In this document: piece by piece, positions 1 through 8,568 of the stretch | Position numbering within the stretch: the first letter of the stretch is position 1 | How the letters are laid out: every line of letters begins with the position of its first letter | NCBI GenBank assembly: GCA_045805065.1 | Contig: JBJMMA010000181.1 | Coordinates: forward strand, 1-32,772 | DNA length: 32,772 nucleotides | From: Bdellovibrionia bacterium | GTDB lineage: Bacteria > Bdellovibrionota > UBA1018 | Direction: 5' to 3' | Translations under genes and position numbers: made by a program | Notes under the pieces: model-generated | Told to the model about the DNA's origin: nothing | Databases searched by the model: none | The model's input: only the letters and a program-made list of their open reading frames with translations

Positions 1-1224
1 CTTTGGTCCCTCGTCTTTTCGGCGATGAAGGTCTACCAGTCTCAGCGAATGCTTCGGCGCACCCATGAGGCTCATTTGATCCTGAAGGCCCATGGCGTTG
101 CGATGCTTTTCTTCATTTCGCTGACTTACCTGGTGAGCGAATATCGATACTCGCGCGCTGTGATGCTGTATTTTGGCATCATCAGCGGGATCCTGCTGGT
201 GGTCTTCAGACTCTCGCTCAGAAACGGGTTGAGGTCTCTGCGTCGCGGCGGATTCAATCTGAGACACATCATTTTGGTTGGCGAAGGACGTCCGATCGAA
301 ACACTCATTCATCGGATTGAGAAGTTTCCGGAGCTGGGCCTCAGAATCTTGGGCATCATGGTTCACGAGAGCTCCCAATCCCAGTCCGTTCTCGGAAAGC
401 CTGTTTTGGGTAAATTCGGTGACGTTGGCCGAGTTGTTCACGAGACTAAAGCCGATCAACTTCTCATCGCCCTCCCCCGCAATCAGTATGGCGATCTGGA
501 CCGCGTTTTAGACGCTCTTCGGGACGAGACGATTGACCTTCAGCTCATTCCAGACGTGCATGAATACATCACGTTGGGCTGCGAGATTGAGGACTTCGAT
601 GGTCTTCCCATCGTCAACCTGAACGACTCCCCTCTGAATGGTTGGGGCGGTTACGCCAAGCGACTGACTGATATCGTGGTTTCTGCGATTGCGCTCATCG
701 CACTCGCACCTGTTCTTGGCATCATCGCGCTTGCCGTGAAGCTCACCTCAAAGGGTCCGATCTTTTATGGCCAGGAGCGAATGGGACTGGATGGAAAAAC
801 CTTCCAGATGCTCAAGTTCCGCTCGATGCGGCCAGACGCTGAGACTTCCACGGGCGCGGTTTGGGCTCGCCCAGGCGATGATCGCCGGACTCCGATTGGC
901 GCATTCTTGAGAGCAACGAGCCTTGATGAGCTTCCTCAATTCTGGAACGTGCTCATGGGCGATATGTCGCTTGTTGGCCCACGTCCCGAGCGGCCTGTTT
1001 TTGTGCATCAGTTCCGCAAAGATATTCCTCACTACATGCTTCGCCACAAGGTGAAGTCCGGCATTACCGGCTGGGCGCAAGTGAACGGCTGGAGAGGAAA
1101 TACATCTTTAGATCGCAGAATCGAATGCGATCTGTATTATATTCGAAACTGGTCCTATGGAATGGATTGGAAGATTTTGTTCCTGACGCTATGGAAAGGT
1201 TTCGTTAACAAAAATGCCTACTGA
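1..1224 (+). CDS. wcaJ: Undecaprenyl-phosphate glucose phosphotransferase (WcaJ/CpsE-type priming glycosyltransferase), 5'-truncated by the window edge
   Basis: Frame is open from base 1. TM helices, then a Rossmann-like segment (HIILVGEG), then Bac_transf motifs KRLTDI, KFRSM, SLDELPQFWNVLMGDMSLVGPRPE and GITGWAQVNG. Confidence 0.9.
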   Translation, partial: LWSLVFSAMKVYQSQRMLRRTHEAHLILKAHGVAMLFFISLTYLVSEYRYSRAVMLYFGIISGILLVVFRLSLRNGLRSLRRGGFNLRHIILVGEGRPIETLIHRIEKFPELGLRILGIMVHESSQSQSVLGKPVLGKFGDVGRVVHETKADQLLIALPRNQYGDLDRVLDALRDETIDLQLIPDVHEYITLGCEIEDFDGLPIVNLNDSPLNGWGGYAKRLTDIVVSAIALIALAPVLGIIALAVKLTSKGPIFYGQERMGLDGKTFQMLKFRSMRPDAETSTGAVWARPGDDRRTPIGAFLRATSLDELPQFWNVLMGDMSLVGPRPERPVFVHQFRKDIPHYMLRHKVKSGITGWAQVNGWRGNTSLDRRIECDLYYIRNWSYGMDWKILFLTLWKGFVNKNAY

Positions 1225-2380
1225 GGGTTCTCCCCTATCTGAAGAATATCCACGCCCCACAGGTGCGGCGTGGCGCCCGGCGAGAAAACTCGACGGCTAC
1301 ATTCTGACTGAAGTCGTAGGCCCTTTCCTAGGCGGCGTTCTTTTCTTTGTTTTTCTCTTTTTGATGTTCCAGATCCTGCGTCTTGCCGACTCCCTGATCA
1401 TTCACGGGGTCTCGATCTGGATCTTTGGCAAGATGATGCTGCTTCTGACGCTTTCGTTTCTGCCTATGGTGCTTCCGATCGCATTTCTGATCGCGGTTCT
1501 CATGGCGTTTGGAAGGCTGTCATCCGATAGCGAACTGGTCGCCATGAAGGCCAGTGGCATCAGCCTGACCCGCCTTTCGGCTCCGATCTCTGTAGTGGCA
1601 TTGATCGTCGTTACCCTCTCCCTACTTCTCAATATGGAATGGGTGCCCTGGTGCGAGCGCGCTTTCAAGACGACGCTGATCAAGGTGGGTAACACCAAGG
1701 TGGTCTCAGCGATCAAGGAAGGCACGTTCACGACGGGCTTTTTTGATCTTCTGATCTTTGCCGATAAGGTTGACCCAAAGACCAATCATCTGAAGAAGGT
1801 CTTTATCTACGATGAGCGTGAGCACAATAATCCGATGACCATCATTGCCGAATCGGGCGAAGTGGTGAACGTGCGCTCCAAGAGCGAGCTTGCTTCCTCC
1901 GCGGTCTTGAAACTCTATAACGGCAGCATCCATCGTAACGATGGCACCGAAGGAAACTATCAGAAGATCAACTTCGGAGAATACCGACTCTTCCTCAAGG
2001 TGGACGAAGGCTCGGACTCCACGGTGACCAAGCCGCAGATGATCCCTTACGCCGAGCTGACCCATAAGATCGCCAAAACCACGACCTCAAGTTATGAGGG
2101 CCGCGAGTACCGCGGCGAATACTGGCGTCGAGTCGCAATCGCCATCTCCCCAATCCTCTTTGTCTTCTTGGGAATCGGCTTTGGCACCGTCCGCACGCGC
2201 GCCGTTCGAGCAGGCGCTGCTCTTGTGGCGTTCGTGACCTTGATCATTTACTGGACCATCCAAACCGTTGGAACCATCGCCGTCCAAAAAGGGACTCTGC
2301 CTCCATTCCTGGCCATGCAGCTGGCAAACATCGCGGTGTTGATTGCCGGCACCATCAGTTTCCGCAAAGCAATGTGGTAA
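1214..2380 (+). CDS. lptF: LPS export ABC transporter permease, LptF/LptG family (likely LptF)
   Basis: LDGYILTE N-terminus, LPIAFLIAVLMAFGRLSSDSELVAMKASGISL family motif, and 3 TM + periplasmic domain + 3 TM layout. Confidence 0.85.
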   Translation: MPTEGSPLSEEYPRPTGAAWRPARKLDGYILTEVVGPFLGGVLFFVFLFLMFQILRLADSLIIHGVSIWIFGKMMLLLTLSFLPMVLPIAFLIAVLMAFGRLSSDSELVAMKASGISLTRLSAPISVVALIVVTLSLLLNMEWVPWCERAFKTTLIKVGNTKVVSAIKEGTFTTGFFDLLIFADKVDPKTNHLKKVFIYDEREHNNPMTIIAESGEVVNVRSKSELASSAVLKLYNGSIHRNDGTEGNYQKINFGEYRLFLKVDEGSDSTVTKPQMIPYAELTHKIAKTTTSSYEGREYRGEYWRRVAIAISPILFVFLGIGFGTVRTRAVRAGAALVAFVTLIIYWTIQTVGTIAVQKGTLPPFLAMQLANIAVLIAGTISFRKAMW

Positions 2381-2388
2381 CCACCGAT

Positions 2389-2524
2389 CGGTGGCAGTCT
2401 GCACTTATTTAAAAGAAAACTAAAACTGCAGAGCGGGCTTCGTGCCCTTTCACTACTTTCGCCTTCCTGGCTGTAGTGAATCTGCAGTTTTAGTTTTCTT
2501 TTAAATAAGTGCAGACGACCACCG
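2389..2524 (-). repeat. Giant hairpin element A: 36-bp perfect inverted repeat (2397-2432 / 2481-2516) enclosing a 48-nt structured cap
   Basis: gtctgcacttatttaaaagaaaactaaaactgcaga is the exact reverse complement of 2481-2516. The stem extends with cggtgg/ccaccg. The cap 2433-2480 contains two sub-hairpins. Strand is assigned from the orientation of the GGA loop. Confidence 0.95.
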
Positions 2525-2691
2525 CTGATTGCTGGACCTCTGTTGGGGCACCTGATGTTTCGCGATCACGAGCTTCGAGTTCGCCGATCGAGGGGAACAC
2601 TGAGCACTGCTCCCAAACCTTCTGCGATCGAGGGACTTCGGTGTGTCTCGACAACGGTTTTTAAAACCGATGTCAAATTGACGAACCAGGT

Positions 2692-2833
2692 GCAATGTTT
2701 TGTGTGTTTTGAAATTTTTCACTCACTCAGAATCGAGATTCACAACAGCCATGGATGGCGAAAGTTGTGAAGGCCAGGATGGCCGCTCTCGATTCTGAGT
2801 GAGTGAAAAATTTCAAAACACACGAAATATTGC
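2692..2833 (+). repeat. Giant hairpin element B: 37-bp perfect inverted repeat (2702-2738 / 2787-2823; 47 bp with two G-U pairs) enclosing a 48-nt cap homologous to that of element A
   Basis: gtgtgttttgaaatttttcactcactcagaatcgaga pairs exactly with 2787-2823. The cap 2739-2786 aligns with the reverse complement of 2433-2480. Confidence 0.95.
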
Positions 2834-2963
2834 GATTTGCGCGGGAAAATTAGCGCACTTTTAAATACTTCGAATGGATGACACGCCAAAACCCGCTCCT
2901 ACCCTGACAATTCTCTGACGCAATCTTGGCAAATCCCCCAAAACCCTGCTCTGCAGCGGATTT

Positions 2964-3072
2964 TGTGGATAACTTTTCTACGAGCTGTTGAAAAAGGGCC
3001 ATATAAGGAAACATATTTAATGATTTCCTATACTTAAGCCGTGTGGATAACTCGGGGTAAGCGTGTGGATAA
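2964..3072. promoter_or_regulatory. DnaA-box cluster around an AT-rich tract (candidate oriC or DnaA-titration site)
   Basis: Perfect TGTGGATAA at 2964-2972, 3042-3050 and 3064-3072. Degenerate boxes TGTTGAAAA 2986-2994 and TCGGGGTAA 3052-3060. AT-rich stretch 3001-3037. Confidence 0.7.
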
Positions 3073-3076
3073 CTTT

Positions 3077-4159
3077 TTAGGTACTGGTAGGAGAAGGCTG
3101 AGGAGCGGGTGCGGAAGGTACGTTACGACCGCTGATAGGCTTCGAACCTGGGAAAGGATTCTCAGTCTTTTCAGCAAGTTGCGGCGGGAAAAACAAGGTC
3201 GCGTCATTTTGACGCGTCACCGTATGCGCGGCGCTTATAAGCTTATACGCACCGCCATTATAACTGATCGTTGCGTGCTCTGGATTCCCCACTTGAAGAA
3301 TGATGCCTTGGCGGGCACGAAGAACCAGAACCTTGTCCTGCTTGAGCGGGAACTGCATCACAATCTTATTGTCTACGCGATAGCGAACCCACACCGTTTG
3401 CTTTGCCTTGATGACAAGCCGATGAACCGTCTCGCTTGCCTTAAGTCCCAAACCGGAATTGAGCGGATCGGATGCTGAAGTCGGAGAAGGTGTTGGCATT
3501 GCAGTCAGATCCACTTCCGAAACAATCGTCGGAACTGGAGTTGGTGCAGCGGATGCCGTTACTTGCGGAGAAGCAGAAGCTGCTACGACTGCGGCTTGAG
3601 ATGGCATGCCCGAAGGCTGCGCCACTGCTCCGCTTGGCAGAGGCGATGCGGAGGCTCCAACAAGAGGCACACCACTTGGTAAATCTGAAGGACCAGGCGA
3701 TGGCGAGTGCGCCGCCCGAAGCTTATCCGCATGCGAATGCTTATGATGATGGAGCGATGGCTTGAGGACCACCATGGCAATGCCGCCGAGAACGATAAAG
3801 CTTCCCATGACGATCCCCAGGATCATCCGGCTTTGCTCGTTGCCTTCACGCTTTTCAAACGCATAACCACTGTGACCGCCTTCGCGGTTCGGGCGCTCAC
3901 AGGCTTTGGAGTCGATGAAGGAGTTGAAGTGCGTGAGAACTTCCTTGTGATCCAGGCCCACAAAGCGGGAGTAAGAGGTCACGAACCCGCGAATGAAAGG
4001 CTTGGCTGGAAGATCTGAGTACTGATCCGATTCGAGCGCATGAAGCTGACGAACGCCAATCTTCGTTGCGGACGCCACCTGCTCAATGGAAAGCCCACGC
4101 TTCTCGCGTTCTTTGCGAAGGTACTGGCCAAGAGTGAGGTTTTCGTCCATTTGGGTCAT
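3077..4159 (-). CDS. rodZ: RodZ-like protein (HTH_25, single TM, Pro/Ser/Ala linker, DUF4115-like C-terminal domain)
   Basis: LGQYLRKEREKRGLSIEQVASATKI...LESDQYSDLPAKPFIRGFVTSYSRFVGLD, then a TM helix and C-terminal VWVRYRVD...LQVGNP. It lies downstream of a pilF/pilW-like TPR gene, a common synteny. Confidence 0.8.
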   Translation of the reverse strand: MTQMDENLTLGQYLRKEREKRGLSIEQVASATKIGVRQLHALESDQYSDLPAKPFIRGFVTSYSRFVGLDHKEVLTHFNSFIDSKACERPNREGGHSGYAFEKREGNEQSRMILGIVMGSFIVLGGIAMVVLKPSLHHHKHSHADKLRAAHSPSPGPSDLPSGVPLVGASASPLPSGAVAQPSGMPSQAAVVAASASPQVTASAAPTPVPTIVSEVDLTAMPTPSPTSASDPLNSGLGLKASETVHRLVIKAKQTVWVRYRVDNKIVMQFPLKQDKVLVLRARQGIILQVGNPEHATISYNGGAYKLISAAHTVTRQNDATLFFPPQLAEKTENPFPGSKPISGRNVPSAPAPQPSPTST

Positions 4160-4177
4160 TGTTGCTTCATTACTGTC

Positions 4178-4939
4178 TCAGGGCAGGTATTTCAGATGAC
4201 TGGTTGCCTGATCCGCCACAGAGGTGGTTGAAAAGTGTTCTTTGATCTCCAGGAACTTCTTGCGAGCGACGTCATATTGCTTGTCGCGCTCATAGGCGAT
4301 TCCCAAGGCAAGATGCGCTTCAGCGAAATTCGCGCAAAACCTGCGCGTCGCCTGATTGTAATCATTGATCGCCTGGCGGAACTCGCCCTTATGAAGGTGA
4401 ATGTGCCCGCGATAATAATAGGCCAGGCATGCGCCTCGAGGATCTGCCCCAACCGCCTTATCCAGATACAGGGTCGCGTTCGTCAGATCCATTTTGCGAT
4501 AATAAAGAATGCCGAGACTGGTGAGAGGCTTGAAGGCCTCACCATAAAGGTCATCTGAGGCTGCTGCTTTCAGGAACTTCACGGCATCATCAGGTCGACC
4601 ATTGTCCATCAAGAGCTTGCCAAGCGTTGTGTTGGCGGCCGAATACTTGGGATTGAGCTCCACTGCTCTTCTTGCGGCTTGAATTGCCTGCTCAGGCTCA
4701 CCTTTGGCGACGTAAACCAAAGCGCGCATGTGAAAAATTTCAGGCATTTTGGGAGCAATCTTCTCGGCTTCAGCCAGATCTTGAAGCGCGGTGACAGGCT
4801 GACCATCGGTGAGCGCTCCACTGGCGGCATCAAGATACAGTGCAGCCTTTTCCTCTTTGGAAAGGCTTTTTGCTCCGTTCGTTGCGCATGCTGTGAGAGC
4901 CACTGAGAGTAAAGTCAGTTTAGCCCATTGCCTTAACAT
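4178..4939 (-). CDS. TPR lipoprotein, type IV pilus pilotin PilF/PilW/Tgl-like
   Basis: Lipobox LTAC after a hydrophobic signal, multiple TPR repeats with paired Cys. ATG 4939 is preceded by SD-like AGGTGA (the ORF track starts at GTG 4948). Confidence 0.75.
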   Translation of the reverse strand: MLRQWAKLTLLSVALTACATNGAKSLSKEEKAALYLDAASGALTDGQPVTALQDLAEAEKIAPKMPEIFHMRALVYVAKGEPEQAIQAARRAVELNPKYSAANTTLGKLLMDNGRPDDAVKFLKAAASDDLYGEAFKPLTSLGILYYRKMDLTNATLYLDKAVGADPRGACLAYYYRGHIHLHKGEFRQAINDYNQATRRFCANFAEAHLALGIAYERDKQYDVARKKFLEIKEHFSTTSVADQATSHLKYLP

Positions 4940-4956
4940 TGTTGTCACCTATATTC

Positions 4957-4985
4957 AGGTTAAGTTGAATATAAGTGTGTGTCAA
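4957..4985 (-). promoter_or_regulatory. sigma70-type promoter for the TPR-rodZ operon
   Basis: Minus strand TTGACA (4985-4980), 17 bp spacer, TAACCT (4962-4957). Confidence 0.65.
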
Positions 4986-5017
4986 ATAGCAGTCTTAAGA
5001 TTTAATGCTATTTTGCG

Positions 5018-6142
5018 TTAGTTTCGAACCAGTCTTGCAAGCGATTCGACATGCGCAGTTTGCGGAAAGAGATCCAGCGCCGCAACCCGGTCGAGCTTCC
5101 ATCCTCGTTTCACAAACCGGGAGACATCGCGTGCCCACGAATCGGGATCGCAGCCGACAGCCACCAATTCCTTGACGCCTGCTTTTTCAATCCCATCCGC
5201 AATGGACTGAAAGTCCTGGCCGAGACCGATTCGAGGGGGATCAAGGATTGCTGACCAATCCTTCTTTTCCACCTTGGTTCTTTTGAACCAATCCGCAACC
5301 GGTGCACGGTGAAACTTAAAAAAGTCCGGGAAATGTGCGGGTTTCTCCCTTGGAACCGAGACATCCACACAGTGGATCTCGGGCGCACTTGAGATCAGCT
5401 GGGCACTCAGGTTTCCGCTCCCGCCAAAGAGATCCAGCACGGGAAGTCCCGGGGTCACAGCGGAGCGAACCCAGGCTTTGAGCTTCTCATTTTGATCATC
5501 ATGAACCTGGCGAAAGCCCTGAGCAGCATGCCCTTGGTTCCAGCTTTGAGAGAGCTCGCCCTTCTCACTGACCTCGAGCTCAACCTTGAACGGGCGACTG
5601 AGCGTTTTGGAATCGGCTCGGGTCTTTTCCCACGCTTCGTTGATTTCAGAGCGGGCGATGTCACAACGATCCAGCGGAATGACGTTATGGGACCCTTTGG
5701 CGTAAAACCCAAGGATCGTCCCTTCCGACCGGTGTTCACCCCGAAGTTGAATCCGGTTTCGGTATTCCCAAATTCGCTCGGCTGGCAGCTCTTCCAGCTT
5801 CAAAGCGGAGGTATCCACTCCAACCCGGCTTAAGGCGTGACGAACGCCGCTCGACTTGGTCTTCCACTGAAGCTCATAAGGCAGATGCTGCCATTGGCAG
5901 CCTCCACACCGGCCAAACGCCGGGCAGCGGGGTTGCTGTCGTACCGGGGACGCCTGGATCACTTCCAAAAGCTCACCTGTCGCGTAACGTTTTTCAGACT
6001 CAACAATCTGAACTTTCACCCGGTCACCTGGAGCCGTAAACGGAACAAAGACCACGCGACCCTGCTCATCACGAGCCACACCCGTTCCCCCACGTGACAA
6101 GTCAGTGATGTCTAAAATCAGGGTTTCTACGGGTTGCGTCAT
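5018..6142 (-). CDS. TRAM-domain RNA m5U methyltransferase, RlmD/TrmA family (compact)
   Basis: TRAM domain (VVFVPFTAPGDRVKV), Fe-S motif CPAFGRCGGC, FRQV, DLFGGSG, LDPPR, catalytic GCDP, DLFPQTAHVES. Start is ATG 6142 or GTG 6148. Confidence 0.85.
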   Translation of the reverse strand: MTQPVETLILDITDLSRGGTGVARDEQGRVVFVPFTAPGDRVKVQIVESEKRYATGELLEVIQASPVRQQPRCPAFGRCGGCQWQHLPYELQWKTKSSGVRHALSRVGVDTSALKLEELPAERIWEYRNRIQLRGEHRSEGTILGFYAKGSHNVIPLDRCDIARSEINEAWEKTRADSKTLSRPFKVELEVSEKGELSQSWNQGHAAQGFRQVHDDQNEKLKAWVRSAVTPGLPVLDLFGGSGNLSAQLISSAPEIHCVDVSVPREKPAHFPDFFKFHRAPVADWFKRTKVEKKDWSAILDPPRIGLGQDFQSIADGIEKAGVKELVAVGCDPDSWARDVSRFVKRGWKLDRVAALDLFPQTAHVESLARLVRN

Positions 6143-6239
6143 GCCCACGGTATCTAAAACCTGAACGAAAAAGTCAAGCTGCTACCTTTATACCTTTGGC
6201 ATTGCTCGCAGGAGGGTGCGTCTGCTAGCTTGCGACTCA

Positions 6240-8045
6240 ATGTCCCAAAGTCCAAAAAATATTCGTAACTTCTGTATCATCGCGCACATTGACCACGGCA
6301 AATCGACCTTGGCTGACCGCTTGCTGGAGCGTACCGGAACGGTGACCGCTCGCGAGATGGAATCTCAGTTTCTCGACAACATGGACATTGAGCGTGAGCG
6401 CGGGATTACCATTAAAGCTCAAAGCGTTCGCCTCAACTACAAAGCCAAAGATGGTCAGACTTACATTCTCAACCTGATCGATACTCCAGGCCACGTCGAC
6501 TTCACGTACGAAGTCTCGCGCTCCTTGGCTGCATGCGAAGGCGCGATCCTCGTTGTCGACGCGTCCCAAGGCGTGGAAGCTCAAACGCTTGCCAACGTCT
6601 TCATGGCGCTTGAGAACAATCTCGAAGTCTTCCCGGTCGTCAACAAGATCGACCTTCCAGCCGCGGATCCAGATCGCGTCCTTCAAGAAGTCGACGAGAT
6701 GATCGGCATGGTGGATATCACTCGCGCTGTCCCTGCAAGTGCCAAGGCCGGTATCGGAATTGATGAAGTGCTTGAAGCAGTCGTAAAATACTTCCCTGCC
6801 CCAAAGGCTGCGGACGATGAACCTCTTCGCGCGCTGATTTTTGATAGCTGGTACGATCCTTACCAAGGCGTCGTCGCTCTTTGCCGCGTTTTTGAAGGCA
6901 AGATCACCAAGGGAACCAAGATCAAGCTCTACCACGTCGGAAAAGAATACGAAGTCCAGCGCGTGGGAACGTTCTCGCCAAAATTTACGGACGTGAACGA
7001 AGTCACGTCGGGCGAAGTCGCCGCGATTGTTTGCGGAATCAAAGACGTTCGCGACATGAAAGTCGGCGACACGATCATGGATTCGACCAACGTTGCGTCC
7101 GAGCCACTGGGAGGCTTCAAAGAAGCAAAGCCCATGGTTTTCTGCGGTGTCTATCCCATTGATGCCGACCAGTATAATGATTTGAAAGAGGCGCTTGAGA
7201 AGCTTCAACTCAATGACTCCGCACTCGCCTTTGAGCCTGAGACTTCCAATGCTCTCGGATTTGGCTATCGTTGCGGATTCTTGGGACTCCTCCACATGGA
7301 CGTCGTTCAAGAGCGTCTGGAGCGCGAGTACAATCTCAATCTGATTACGACCGCGCCATCTGTCGTCTATCGCGTGAGAACCACTTCGGGCGAAGAAATC
7401 CTGGTCGATAATCCTGCAAAGCTTCCGGATCAAACCAAGATCGAGACGATTGAAGAGCCCTATATTCGCCTCACGCTTCACATGCCTTCTGAGTATGTGG
7501 GCTCCGTGATGGCACTCTGCAATGAGCGCCGCGGTCTTCAAGACAAGCTGGATTATGTGACCAAAGATCGCGTGACGTTGGTTTATCAAATGCCGCTCAA
7601 TGAGATGGTGTTTGATTTCTATGACCGTCTCAAGAGTGCGACCAAGGGCTATGCCTCGATGGACTACGAGCTCACCGATTACAAGCCAGCCAATCTTGTT
7701 AAACTCGACATCATGCTCAACGGCGAACCAGTCGACGCTCTCTCTGTCATCATTCACAGAGACAAGGCTGCTTATCGCGGTCGCGAGCTCACCAAGAAAT
7801 TGAAAGAGCTGATCGATCGCCAAATGTACGAAGTCGCGATCCAAGCTGCGATCGGCGCTAAAGTCGTTGCCCGTGAAACTCTTTCCGCACTTCGCAAGAA
7901 CGTGACGGCTAAGTGTTACGGTGGTGACATCAGCCGTAAGCGCAAACTCCTCGAAAAGCAGAAAGAGGGTAAAAAGCGCATGAAGCAGGTCGGCTCGGTC
8001 GAAGTTCCGCAGGAAGCGTTCCTTGCGGTTCTCAAGATCGATTAA
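6240..8045 (+). CDS. lepA: Translation elongation factor 4 (LepA)
   Basis: [72 protein letters not shown] 6240 matches the family N-terminus. Confidence 0.98.
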   Translation: MSQSPKNIRNFCIIAHIDHGKSTLADRLLERTGTVTAREMESQFLDNMDIERERGITIKAQSVRLNYKAKDGQTYILNLIDTPGHVDFTYEVSRSLAACEGAILVVDASQGVEAQTLANVFMALENNLEVFPVVNKIDLPAADPDRVLQEVDEMIGMVDITRAVPASAKAGIGIDEVLEAVVKYFPAPKAADDEPLRALIFDSWYDPYQGVVALCRVFEGKITKGTKIKLYHVGKEYEVQRVGTFSPKFTDVNEVTSGEVAAIVCGIKDVRDMKVGDTIMDSTNVASEPLGGFKEAKPMVFCGVYPIDADQYNDLKEALEKLQLNDSALAFEPETSNALGFGYRCGFLGLLHMDVVQERLEREYNLNLITTAPSVVYRVRTTSGEEILVDNPAKLPDQTKIETIEEPYIRLTLHMPSEYVGSVMALCNERRGLQDKLDYVTKDRVTLVYQMPLNEMVFDFYDRLKSATKGYASMDYELTDYKPANLVKLDIMLNGEPVDALSVIIHRDKAAYRGRELTKKLKELIDRQMYEVAIQAAIGAKVVARETLSALRKNVTAKCYGGDISRKRKLLEKQKEGKKRMKQVGSVEVPQEAFLAVLKID

Positions 8046-8049
8046 GCCT

Positions 8050-8568
8050 ATGAGCTTCGAGCTTCAGCCTTACTTGATGGGAAGACTCGTTATTTTAAGC
8101 CCTCTGCGCGCTGAGGACTTTGAAGGTCTTTATGCAGTTGCGTCTGATCCTTTGATCTGGGAGCAGCATCCGCAAAAAAACCGCTACGAACGATCCATCT
8201 TTGAATCCTTTTTCAAAGGCGCAATGGATTCAGGCGGTGCTTTCCTGGTGACTGACACTGAGACAGGCGAAGTCATCGGCAGCAGCCGATATTATGAATA
8301 CGATGCCGCAAACAGCTCCGTCGTCATTGGATACACTTTTCTTGCACGAAAATACTGGGGCCACCGCCATAACCGCGAAATGAAGCATCTCATGCTCAAG
8401 CATGCGTTTCGCTTTGTGGAGCGAGTTTATTTTCACATTGGCGAGAACAACACTCGCTCTCGCAAAGCTATAGAAAAGATTGGCGCACAATATATGGGAC
8501 CGATCAATTTCGGCGGATCAGATCCCAGCGTCATTTACCAAATCGACTTCAAGGCTTTTCACGCCTAA
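8050..8568 (+). CDS. GNAT-family N-acetyltransferase (RimJ/RimL-like)
   Basis: IGYTFLARKYWG and NTRSRKAIEKIGA motifs. ATG 8050 lies 4 nt after the lepA stop. Confidence 0.85.
   Translation: MSFELQPYLMGRLVILSPLRAEDFEGLYAVASDPLIWEQHPQKNRYERSIFESFFKGAMDSGGAFLVTDTETGEVIGSSRYYEYDAANSSVVIGYTFLARKYWGHRHNREMKHLMLKHAFRFVERVYFHIGENNTRSRKAIEKIGAQYMGPINFGGSDPSVIYQIDFKAFHA

Noticed and set aside
2397..2516. Element A as merely the lptF terminator
   Set aside because: No U tract follows the stem, and a terminator would not explain the 48-nt cap shared with element B. A secondary 3'-end role remains possible.
2386..2629. GATC sites as Dam/SeqA origin marks
   Set aside because: GATC is frequent throughout the coding regions, and none lies within the DnaA-box cluster.
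2501..2770. Short ORFs 2501-2722 (-) and 2543-2770 (+)
   Set aside because: They run through the hairpin arms, have no convincing SD and no protein-like features.
2389..2833. CRISPR array or retron msr-msd interpretation of the hairpins
   Set aside because: There are only two units, in inverted orientation, with no direct repeat-spacer periodicity and no cas or reverse transcriptase gene in the window.
4730..4742. 13-nt match GTGAAAAATTTCA between stem B (2803-2815) and the TPR gene, as a possible antisense target
   Set aside because: It is short and AT-rich, does not extend, and is compatible with chance.
6237..7844. 535-aa antisense ORF
   Set aside because: It is the codon-register shadow of highly biased lepA and has no recognisable motifs.
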